This document shows, in pieces, positions 1 to 11,987 of a stretch of DNA of 64,000 nucleotides. Under the pieces are notes generated by a model, which was not told the origin of the DNA, searched no databases, and worked only from the letters and a program-made list of their open reading frames with translations. The stretch spans positions 62,001 to 126,000 of the forward strand of contig NIVC01001549.1 in NCBI GenBank assembly GCA_002269645.1, given 5' to 3'. Both the position numbers and the translations under genes were made by a program. Position 1 is the first letter of the stretch. Each line of letters opens with the position of its first letter. The DNA is from Macrostomum lignano. Lineage: Eukaryota.

Positions 1-346
1 AAGCTTCTTGAAACGAAACTTTTAGATTAAAAATAGATTTCACTAACGTCAAAGGGTGCAAAGAAGACCAGTTTAAAGGCAGAAAACAAGCGCCGTAGTA
101 CAAAAGCGCCTCTCACCCAGCTCAGCATGCCCCACCCCATGCTCTCAGCATGAGAAGTTTCTCTATATACGTTTCACCTGGCAGGTGACTCAGCTAAAAA
201 TAAACCGGCCTCAAAATAGGCAAGTCCACACACTTGACAAAGACGCTTCACTATCACTTATCTATAGTTGGCTGCACAGGGGCACTTTTTGTGCTGCGAT
301 CAGATTAGGGAATTGTTTTACTTTCAAGCTGGTTTCCAGAGTCACC

Positions 347-501
347 GAATTGGATTCAGAAGGGGTGAATCGGATTCAGAAGGGGTGAATTGGATTCAGA
401 AGGGGTGAATTGGAGTCAAAATGGGTGAATTGGATTTAGAAGGGGTGAATTGGATTTAGAAGGGGTGAATTGGATTCAGAAGGGGTGAGTTGGTTTCAGA
501 A
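347..501 (+). repeat. 20-bp minisatellite (GAATTGGATTCAGAAGGGGT), about 8 copies
   Basis: Directly visible tandem copies with few substitutions. Confidence 0.9.
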
Positions 502-2313
502 ATTTGTGTTAACCCCCCTCCCTTATGGACGTGAGCACTCTTTCTAATAAAATAAGTTAAAAAACCGCCTCAGCGGCACTAAAATAGTCATATTTGTTTT
601 AGCACACGCCCAGCTCACTGGAGCCAGTCATACACTCTGCTACGAGTAATTAATTTCGATTATATTTTCTCAAGATGACGCAGTCGGAAACTAGAGAAAT
701 TGTATTTTTAGACATATTAATTTGCCCACAATGTGCCTGCGCAGAGCCTAAGAACTGCATGCAAACATTTACTCCGTCTGGTGCAGAGGTTTGGCATGAA
801 GGCAGATACGATAAGATTTTGTGCTAAATTTGCTTGCACACAAAATTGAAAAGCTTCACATAAGCTTCCCGAACCCTGCCGTTTGACGCAAATGGTCTCT
901 AAAAATAGATTTAGCAACGACAATCAGGAATATTGCTCGTAGAGCGACGCACAATAGCTCGTTTAAACAAAAAAAAGATTTTGTAGACTCGAGACTCGAG
1001 CACTCACCAAATTGAGGAGTGAACGTGAAACTTCTACTCTCGTATTTTCTTTTTAGCCTTACTGTCTGCGTCTGCGGCTTGATTATTGTTGCTTCTAGTT
1101 ACTCACATTAAACGCCCGTGGCATTTGGGTTTCATATGGATGGATTGCAGTGCTTAAACAGATGATGATTATTACTCAGAAAATGATTTAAAAAAAACAC
1201 GAATGACACAGATCGTTTTAGCTTGGGTCAAAACTGTGCGGCATTCAAGCAAGAAAACTTGATGCTTTTTTGGTCATTATTGACTCAAATAACCAACCCC
1301 CCCCCCGAGAAGCGACAAGTTAAGCAGATTTGGGAGCGGTTAGTACCAAACCGATTAGACTAATTGCGTCAACTTCCCAGACAACCTTCTTGGGACAGTT
1401 GCGTCCCACTCAGCACATTTAACACATTTAAACCATTTTTCATGTTGCAAGGATCACCTTGAAGTTAACCGTTAAATATCAGAACGTAACATTCGCTTCA
1501 TGTGGGCAATTCTTTAGTTATTTGATAACCTTACAAGTGTTATCACAAATTGTCAATATTTCTTCTTCAAAACAAGTAATATGCAGATCCACTAAATACT
1601 GTAGCTAATTTCTTTTTAAAATCTTTAGAAAGCGAATAAATTCGAAATTAATTTGTATTCTACAAACTTTTTTTCTTCAGAATGCATCGCGTCAACCACA
1701 ACCACAACCACAGGATATAAGTACAAAAGTCAATTAGCTAAAAAAGCATCTAGCAAGAAGCACCGCAAATTATGAGTACTGAATCTAACCTTGGTTTAAC
1801 CTAGAGTCTTCTAAATAACTAAAAAATAGGCGGCAGACAGATATCATGAATGAATTTGTTGATGGGGTGCGCCGTGTGAAACTGGGGCATTGTGCTTCAC
1901 ATCTTTCACATTTACTGTTCGAAATGCGTCTGCAGGTCTATTTTTAGAATGAAAAGTTTTGGAAGTCTTGCTATCACCGTGCAATCGCGTTTACTTCTGT
2001 TCAAAGCTTCTTTCCATTGCGATGAGCTATTTTTAGCCTGTGAATTGTCGCCCTGCCCCACAGCCAATGAGCTTGCGGTTGCCAGGGCCGACGTACTATC
2101 AACGAACTGCACACAATGCCAAATGTAGCTTGCATGGAAAACTCCGGAAAACTAGTATAAATACGAGCCGTCTTCGCTAGGCAAGCCCCTAAACCGAGTC
2201 CAGCGAAACCAGTTTTCAGCACTCTCACCCAGAAGAGACGAGAATAAAGCTATAAAGCACTTCTGCCAACTATTTTCTTAGCGAAAGCGCCCAAGGCAGT
2301 TAAAGAAGACTAA

Positions 2314-3935
2314 ATGGCACCAATCAAGGCTGTTCTCCGGTCAAAGTTAGACAAAACCGACAACGCAAAGTCGTTGCAGGAACTGCTAGTCGACAAGTAC
2401 GAACCGTAAGTAGCATTTTATATATTAGCATGCGTCTGATTTCTCATCAATCCTCATAGAGTCAGCAGTATGAAGATTGAGCACGCAATAAGTTGGCTAT
2501 CTAAGCCCAATCATTGAATGCATTTTGCTGCTGCTTTGTTCCAGTTTATCTGACGCCACCAGCGTCGTTTCCAGTGTGGACTATCAGACAACAAGCGACA
2601 GCGAGGCTGACGTATCAGACTACGAAAGCCTGCTGAGGCAGCAACAGGAACAGCAGCAGCAGCAGCAACCGCAGATGCCGATGCCTCAATGCTCACCTGA
2701 GCTGCTATCGCTAATCCACAGGCCGGTAGCAACTGGACCAGATGCAAACGCTGCTACATCGACCATCGAGCTGCCAACAGACTTTACGGCTCTTCACGAA
2801 GCACGTCTGCAGTACTTTGGCCACTTGATTTATCAGCGAATGCTACAGCAGCAGAACTTACCACCAGCTGAAGATCAACCTCTGAACCTCACCTGTCAGA
2901 ACGCTCTGAAACGACCGGCCCCAAAGTTTGAAGCCGTTATTGAGACGCAAAACTACCAGGTTGGCGACGAGCAGGAATGCAGCCAAGACGTGTTCGGCTC
3001 CACCGCCACTGAGCCGAAGCGATCCTGCCCAGACGCCACCGCTGCCCCGGCAACTCATCGGAAGAGGAAGCGATCCTACCGGTTAAGCGACAATGAGGAG
3101 ATTCGTGCCTACCAATTCTCCGCTCCTGAGTTGTTCATCTGGAATGGTGAGTTCTCACAGAGATTAGATCAGTGTCTTCAGTGTATTTCCAAGGCGTTTT
3201 ATAAGCTTGATGTTTTATTAACTTGCACAATTTGCAGGCCACAAACCGATGATTCATCAGTTCCTTTTGAAGCTACTCAACAACCCCAGCTGCTCAAGTC
3301 TGATCCGGTGGCTAGATCGTGAGAACCGACTGTTCAAAGTGCTGCATCCGGTGACTGTGGCTCGCCTGTGGCAGTTCATCAAGGGCAACAGGACTGACAA
3401 CTACGAGTGCTTTGCCAGAGGAATTCGGTAGGTCACCAAAGCTAAAATTTGTCAAAGTTATTTCAGTATTAGTTCAACTGTTCAGGTCTACATGGAACTA
3501 ACAAATCCGAATTTTTTAAACCATTGCAGCCACTCTCGCGACATTGGCAAATACTTTGAGGCGCATGAATTTCGCAAGAAGAAGGTGTACAAGTTCTCCG
3601 AGAAAGCTTTGAATCCGGAATCGGCCCAGATGAAAGTCCGGCTGGCTGCCGCCTCTGCTGAACCTTCAATTTCAACGTGCGACGCATTGAAACCGAAGCT
3701 GGAAGTGGCTCCTTCTAAAACCCAGCCATCGGCGAATTATCGGGACGCTGGCTCGAACTCTGAAGTTCTTGCCAAGCTCAAGATTGCACTGGCTGAAAGG
3801 ATGCAACAACAGCAGCAGCAGAAGCAGCAGCAACAGCAGCGGGAAGAAAAACTTCTGCTACGACGAGCTTCAGTCAAGGAAGAGCCAAGTTTCGACGAGT
3901 CACCGTTAGTGATAGCTGACTGCGAGTACCAGTGA
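2314..3935 (+). CDS. Divergent ETS-domain transcription factor, 4 exons (2314-2405, 2545-3146, 3238-3427, 3530-3935), poly-Q tracts
   Basis: GT-AG introns with matching phases (2,1,2). Spliced product reads MAPIKAVLRS...GHKPMIHQFLLKLLNNPSCSSLIRWLDRENRLFKVLHPVTVARLWQFIKGNRTDNYECFARGIRHSRDIGKYFEAHEFRKKKVYKF. This matches the ETS pattern (QFLL.LL, I.W, F, VA..W, Y....R..R, VYKF). Confidence 0.88.
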
Positions 3936-6179
3936 ACGCTAATGAAAGCAGCTGCATAGGCAGTTAATACGGTATAACAAAGCCTAACTGTTCAACCGTT
4001 CAGTTTAGTATTCTGATTTGTTTGATTCGCAAGAATATAGATTGCATTATATTATCAGATATCGCTATATTTTCCACTATAAATATTGCATTGCGCATTA
4101 TTGTGTACCGAGACAACTACTTGCTCTATTGTAATTTGCCTACTGCCTCCGAGTGCCAGAAATTCAACTGCAGTCAAACACAGATGCGTGCTCGATGTCT
4201 TGATGTATTTACCTGCCTGTTGCTTTGCTTTATCGGCTACGCTCAGAAAATTAATTGCTCAAACTTTGCTCATTATAACTATTATAGAAGATTCGTGAAA
4301 TGCGCCTTTGATTACTTTTTAAACTGCAACAGAAGTCCATGGCTTGATTCCAGCATTGACATTCTGGCAGCAACCGTATATGTGTGTCTCACATTTTTAT
4401 TATTTGTTCCAACTAAATATACTGATGCAATTACTAAATTATGAATTGAGTTTCGTCAATTGAAAACAACTAAATATTCTATCTACGCTTGGATAGCTTT
4501 ATAACGGACAAGATATCCTTAAGGTGCTACCCGCCGTTTGTTATTTCAAAAATGAATTCTACAGTGAGTAATTCAACATAACATTGAGGCCTCACTGTGC
4601 ACAGAGGCCCAACATATAAGGCTACAGATGAGGGTCACCCAGTGTCAATGTGTAGGTGGCCTCAATTTGAACTGCAGAACGGTTATTTACGCAATTTAAT
4701 GTCGTTTCCGCCCACAATACGCTCGTGTCATCCATCTGCACTCAGAAGCACCGCGGTTAAGCAGATATGCAGATATGCAGAAGCGTATATGCTACAAGTC
4801 TAACAATATGCTTGCTTTTTAGTGTAATCTCTTGCATTCTGTGAAACTGACTCATCCGCATAGGGCGGCGGTTGTGTTTTGAAAGCCGGATTACAGTGGG
4901 CAGCTACTGATGCATTATTCAGAGGGGGCGTTTACTCTTTTGCTGGGTGTGCATTTCAAGGTCACGGATAACCATGCAGCAGTAAAATTGGCATACTTTG
5001 GCAGAAACCATATTTTTCAAGAAAAATATTATTCAAGTAGGTTACGGGGGAATCGCTGAGATGTTGAGGCTGAGAGGTCAGAATTGCTACATGTACCTCA
5101 GTAGTTTATTAAAACTGTTTATTCCGTTCTTTGCTGCCTCCCTAACGGGTGTGGCTGATTGCTAGTCTCTTTCTAAAGCAAGATTCAAGTCGCTCGCACG
5201 AGTGCCATGGAAACTATACTAATCTAAATTAAAATGTGTTTAGCTAATTTTCGTTATCAGGTAGAGATTAGAAATTCTTCAAGTTCTTCAAAGCTGCCAC
5301 TCGTACAGGCACATTATCAGTGACAGTATATAGTGTCACAGTTATTGGTAACGCCTTAGTTACTTCACAAAGAACTTATAAGTTTAATGACGCAAATGAA
5401 GGGTCGAAGTACTTCTGATACAAGAATTTGTTTTAACTTGCATTCCTATAAAATCTCGTTTCCAAGGGCGTAGATAATGCCCCCTGCGAAACTTCTATTA
5501 ATACAAAACTCGGGCGTGACTTCTTGGTTTGCCGAATAGCACTGGCCAGACTTTGCGTGTAGCATTCGTTGTGCTCAACAGAAATTGAACCTGTGTCAAA
5601 GTCATATCAGGATTTTATCTGTTTTTTTTCTCCGGTTTGACCGTTGATATGCAGCATGCCGAGTGCCCATTTGCGTAAGCGGCAGCAGTTTTATAGCCTT
5701 TGTGCTCATACTGTAAAAGTACTCAGAAATGCATGCTAATTTCGTAGGAAGTATTATTAAATTCTAGTGTTGCTTAGCTTTCTGATTTCAGATGCAGCAT
5801 CAGCTTATAAATCATAGATATTCGTATATTTTTCATTTGTGAGTTTTTTTTCACTAATATGGACTATCGAATAGCTATATAAATTATATAGTTCTATATA
5901 CTGTTATGCACAACTGCATGTATATAGTCACAAAAAGTAAGCTACACTGCTGGGGGGGGGGATCAGAGAGAAGGCGAGAACCGAGACTCCACTTCATATA
6001 GATAATCCTATCTACATGCACATGCCTATGTAAGATAAATCGCAGAAGGTCAAACAGCTGGTGTACAATTGCTTAAATAAAAATCTTGCTGACTATATAG
6101 TAACATCCACGCACAGCCAGCGTGTCAACTTCTCGTATTAAAAAATATCACAGTTTCCATATCTGCGTCGTAAGTCGAG

Positions 6180-8640
6180 CGTCGGTCTAGTTGTTAACAC
6201 GCTGAAGACCAAGGTGCTGACTGTGCCGGCCGACATCCCAGCGGACCTGACATGCCGCAGCGGAGACGGGCAGACGACCATGCTCGCATGCTGCCAGCGG
6301 TTCAACCAACCCCACGTGGAGGGGCCTCACCTGGGTCTGGCAGAAGGCTGATCGGACCAGCTACCAGGCAGGCTCGAGGAATGGAGCGATGATCTCAGGG
6401 GTATCATCAAAAAACAAATCAACCGACTCTGCAAACGGATGTTTAAAGCCGCATGCGCCAGTATCCCGCTCAAGAAGGTCGCAGGAAACCAGAAACTTTA
6501 TTGCATACGCAATGAACGCAACCGGTTAAGGAGCCTAGGTGATCCGGAGGCCTGGCGCAACAAAAATGCTGAATCCAACAAGCGCTGTGCCGAAAAGAAA
6601 GCCGAGTTCTGGAAATCCTAGGTGCAGGAACCTCTCGTCCTGTCCGATGATCCAACCCAAAGAAGATTTGACGAACTATCGAGACTCTGGGGGCCGGAGG
6701 TAAGAACGCGTCAAAAAAAGAAAACCTGGTCGTCAAAAACCGCAAACATCTCACGGGCCTGGAAAGGGCCAGCGCTTTAGGGTGTTTTATGCCACCATCA
6801 GCTCCCTAAAACACGATGCTCATGACCGTACTTTCAAGGTCGAGACCGCGAAGAGATTAAAAGACTACCCAGTGGGCAACACTGATCACAAAGCTAGTTC
6901 ACCTTTAGGGAGCTGCTGTGCACCCTGTGCAAGTTGGATGTCACCAAGAAGTGCGGCCCGGACGACATCGAGGAGGCCATCTTCAAAAAGCTGCCGACAT
7001 CCTGGCAGTTGGCCTGGCTCAAGGTATTCAACCGCTGCTGGAGCCCTGGCCACTGCCCAGGAGTCTGGAAGAAGGCCACCATCGTGCCTATTCTTAAGGA
7101 CGGGAAAGACCCTTAAGACTGTTCCAGTTTCCGCCCCGTCAGTCTTACGTCCATCTGTGTTAAGCTCATGGAGCGTATGGTGCTGGACCGGCTGAGACTA
7201 GCTGCTAAGAGACTAGAGACTAACGGCACCCTACAGCCCTGGCAAGCGGGGTTTCAACGCGGCCAGAGCTGCGAGGAACAAATTGCTCGTCTTGTGCAAG
7301 AAATTCAGGACGGCTGGGGAAGGAGGCCCCACCACAAGACGCTGGCCGTCACGCTCGATTGCTCATAGCGTCTGGAGGGTCAAACATGGACGAGGGTCTG
7401 CCTGGCCGGATAATTTGTTTGTTTGCCAGCTTTCTTGAAGGGCGTCAAATCGCGGTGCGCGTCGGTGAGGCGGTCGGCAAGTGACGGCCCCTTCGCGAGG
7501 GGATGCCCCTGGGGCCTTCAGCTCTCCTATCCTGTTCGTCCTGTACAATAACGGCTGGCGGGAAAAACTTGTCCCACAAAGTCTACTACGGAGGATTTGC
7601 CGAAGACATCGGCATCTGGACTTCTGGACGGAATACTAGCGAGCTGAAAACTCGCATCCAGTCCGCGCTCAACCACATTGAAGACTAGGCCACTGACTTG
7701 AGAATCGACCTTAACCCCTCCAAGTCTGAGTGCTGCCTGTTCACGCGCGACCGTTGCGAGCGAAATCGTCCTCTCAACCTGTCGATACTCGGCATTCGAC
7801 TTCCCACCAAGAGAGAAGTCCGCTACCTCTCGGCATCTGTATAGACGATGACCTGACCTTCAAACGTCAGACGAACGAAGTTGTTGCGAAGATCCATCGT
7901 CGATGCAGCATCCTTCGCGCCCTGGCCCACAGAGAGTGGGGTTGGAACTGCGATACCCTTCTCACCGTCTACAAGGCGGTCGTCGAGTCCGTCGCCTGGC
8001 ATGCGGCCGCGGCTTGGATGCCATGGCTGCCCAAAACAAGGTTTGGAGAACTGGACCGGGTGCAGCAAGAAGCCTTGAGACTCACCGGCCTGCCCAAGTC
8101 GACCCCCTGCGAGGCTGTCTACAAGGAGGCTAAGTGCGTCCCGATCAGCGTTGAAGACAAACGGAGAGCCCTCATCGCCGTCGAAAAGGCAAAAAGAAGA
8201 CTGGCAAGCGACCCCTGGCGTCAGATATGTAAGCGCGAAGCCGACGTCCGTCTCAAAGCCAACCGCGGGGCCTCTGTGAGCAAGCCAACCCGAATGCTGA
8301 CCAATCTCCTCCCGTATGAGAGCTGCTCCCGAACTCCTGCTGGGTTCGCGCGTCCCCTGGGAGGCCAGCTAAATGGCTCGGAGCGACTCCGCCTCTTCCC
8401 TGAGTTCCTCCGGCCCTGTAGCAAGACTGACGACATCCAGGCCAGGCACGACCTCGTTGAGGACACCCGTAGGGAGCGCCTTCCTCACATTTGCTATTAC
8501 ACCGACAGATCGGCCACCAGCGGTATCCAGCATGTCTCGGAGCTGCTTGGATCCTGTACTGCAGGATCTGGTTATTCGATCTGGGTGTGCGGCGGCCGGC
8601 AGATAGTGTAGCTCCTCTGAAGCTGAGCTCCGCGCCCTCT
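6180..8640 (+). mobile_element. Decayed non-LTR retrotransposon (RT + RNase H), probably Ingi/I group
   Basis: Fragments WKKATIVPILKDGKDP, SFRPVSLTSICVKLMERMV, QAGFQRGQSCEEQ, TLAVTLDCS, FAEDIGIW (YADD-like), WGWNCDTLLTVYKAVVES and YYTDRS (RNase H start), broken by stops and frameshifts. Clade assignment is from motif resemblance only. Confidence 0.88.
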
Positions 8641-11600
8641 GCTAATGAACTAATCGTTTAAGTATCAAACTGGTTTAGACGGCTGTACTCCGATTTTAAA
8701 GAACTCCGATGTAAATCCTTAAACGGGATTCTCAATCAGACGGAAGACAGATGGACGGAAAGACAGCTTCTTAATTAATTAGTCATTTTATTACATGTAC
8801 GTATACGCCAGGCAACGATTTTAGTCTATGTATAAATCAAACGCACTGCTGTCAGTGTCTATACAATCGTTTCAATGCATCGTCGGCTAACCATAGACAT
8901 TTATACGTACAGTCGATACATCATCCTCTCTGAATATTTATATTGCATCTGCTGTATACGGCCAGATTTTTTATAGTAAATTACATAGTCGGTTATAATT
9001 AAGCGCTTGACTCTGGAGTCGAGGTCTAGATCGAGGTTGATTAAATGTGTACCAATTTCTATATGATCGTTTAAATGCCTATACGCGAACCGAGATCGAT
9101 TCAATACATGTGTTAATAATGTGCAGTATCGTGTCAATGCATCAATATTTTGACATACTCGTATAGTCAAAGTAATTCACTACAATTTAGACAGTATCAG
9201 TCTAACGCATTCTTATCATATATGCTCCGTTTTATTGCAATATCAAAGAACCATAGACAATTTATTGCATGCATTAAATTAACACTGCGCTTCTATTTAC
9301 AGGTATCACATACCAATTATAGAACTCCTTGTCACATACTCTCCCTCGAGGTCTCTTGCCCGTTACTGCGATATCGCCGTAGACATAGGTATGGATTTTA
9401 CCCCCTTGCGCCTATTTTTATACAAACCAAGGCAACACTGCGGGGAACCAAAAAATGGCGGGAAACACCAAGAAAAAATGACTTCGCCGTCGACCAATGC
9501 TTACTGTCGAAAAATTAACTGTGGATGGCTATTTTAATTCCTGCTAAGCAAGCATATCCAAGTGTAAATTCTGTTTAAATAGGTATCCCTAGTTCAAGAA
9601 TATATAAGGAACAAAAAACTGTCTGACTGTCACATGGGGCAAGCAAAACTGATCGTACGTTTTATTGCACCGGTACTTTTTTTAATGTTTAAAATGTCTT
9701 TTCCGTGCTCGTCTGCAAAAAAACAAAATGAACGCCTTAATTTTATAATTCTAGTTGATGTGCTCATTAGTAGACCATTAAGATATAAAAAACTAAAATT
9801 TGCTAATTTTCAACATACAGAAAAGTAGATTCGCGGTTGTGTGTGTGGACTAATCTTGTCAAACTTTTTTGTAAAGGCGGCAAAGCAAATTTGCGTTAAT
9901 TCCAGGAAGCGAATTTTTACTGTTATACAGCGGAAGTTTAATATGATCAACAGTAAATTCATATATATGCTTGGAGAATGGCTAAAGCTAATGCATTTGT
10001 ATTGTATGAGTATGACATGATAGCATATTTTCTATATGGCTAGGCTCTATACTAAAGTATAGATAGTATAATTTATTCACCAAATTTAAATTGAAATTTA
10101 GTGCATGACATCAATTAGCCATGCAACGTTTAGCAATTAGCGATAAGTAATTTTACCAAATGCATTGGAGCAGGAAGCCCATCCTCTTGCATATATATTT
10201 TTGGGATGTAGGCTAACTAACATGCATAATAATGTATTATATTATTATATTATTATGCAAGCTATTTGAATACATGTACAAGGTTTTTTATATACATTTT
10301 TGCACTAAAATATTTTACCTTAATTAATACCTAGTGGAAAGTAAAATATTCTATTTCAAGTATTGCTCTCAAACTTATTTCCTTTTTATATTCTTATACC
10401 TCTTGGCAATATTGAATTATAAATAATTAACTTTGTAGACACTATTTATAGTAGTTGTTGTAGAAAATATAATGAGTTTTATTATAAATTATGATAAAAA
10501 TAGCAATATATATTATAGCTTCAATATAGCATAGAATAGTTGCAAAATACTTTTTAGTTTTTCTCCTTAAAGACTGAAATATCCAACTTTCATTATTTTT
10601 TATTCAAAATAATTATTGCTATATTATATTAGCATAATTAAACTTTTACTTTATTGCATTAAAATTATTAATTAAAAGTGTTTTTGTTTTAGGAACTTTT
10701 TATTCTAAAAATGAATGCTTTCTAAAGGCTAAATTCTAATTATTTCAAATGGTATTTTAATAAAGGTCTATTATATTATCTTAAATCTTATTGTATTCCT
10801 AAATCCTTAGCCTATAGGGTACATAGGATATACTATAGGTCCTTTTTGCCTGGATTAGGACACTAATGCTCACAATTTAGTTTGGTTGGAAACTACCAAT
10901 GTGACCATCAATGCCAATCACTTTTAGCAACTCATTAGGATACAAAAGCTAGTATATAAGAAAGTAAATACTAAATACAATATATTAAAATCTTTCTCTA
11001 ACCTAGCTAAGTTGGCATTGGGACACATGAACTTTCCATAGCTCTTAGACAACTAGAAAAAATAACATAGCAATATACATGGCTAGCAATAATAGCTAAT
11101 ACCTAAGGCTAAGATGAAATAATAAGCCTTTTTTATCTTTGTTTATTTAATTGAGTACCAAATAGTCTATAAGACATAGCCAATGAAAACTAGTGACACA
11201 TGTGAACTAAAAAGGGTGTAAACTACTGGAAAAAGCTATAAATTCAAAGCCAACTGTGCCATAACCATGGCATTATTCATAGGGGGCCTAACTAAAGGAT
11301 AGGGTCCCTTTGCAGAGTAACAAAGTGCAACCTACAATATTCTCAAGAAATCTAAAAATGTGTATTTTTATAAATTATTATCATTTTATTTAGTAAAAAT
11401 TTCTGAAATAGGTAATAAAGTAGAATATGTTTTATCTTAATATTCGTGCTATTATTTCTATAAGTTTTTAATTAATAAATTAAGGTTTACTATTTAATTT
11501 AATTCTAGAATGTACAGAGACTATTTGCAGCAAATATAATAAATATGAGTTAATGATCTTGCATAAACTATTGTTTGATAGAAAGCTCATTATTAATTTT

Positions 11601-11987
11601 TTATATTTTATTGTACTATAAGATTTGTTGTTTGTCAAAAGTTTTTAAAAGAATATAAGTAAATTCTTAACAAATTTACTTCATCATAAAGATTTTTTTA
11701 GGTGCAGTAAATAAGTATGTTTATGCATCTAGTCTAGGATTCTAAATTCTGTGGCTCATGGGGGGAGGGTTGCTGAGATGCCCGAGGGTCAATTGGAAGT
11801 TGTTGGTAAGCCAAGGCAAAGGCAGATCAAAGGGACAGAGGTCAAAATCTACATGTAAATTATGAAAAAATCGATTCCTTTCTCTGTTGTTAGTGAGCAC
11901 AGTACGCATCTAGGGTTCCAACATCCTTAATCTAATGAACTATCTGGCATTTGAAGTAATCTGTTTGACCTCCTTTGACCACTCTTC

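Noticed and set aside
4022-4444. 140-aa ORF downstream of the ETS gene
   Set aside because: Non-ATG start, AT-rich 3'UTR-like sequence, no domain features
4582-4668. Short inverted repeat ATTGAGGCC...GGCCTCAAT
   Set aside because: Only about 9-12 bp with no TSD; too weak to call a MITE
8640-8790. GACAG/GACGG microsatellite-like tail resembling a Helitron/DINE end
   Set aside because: No TC start or hairpin+CTRR end could be placed
9950-11720. Very AT-rich block, possibly an inserted element
   Set aside because: No TIR, TSD, Helitron ends or coding remnant found by eye
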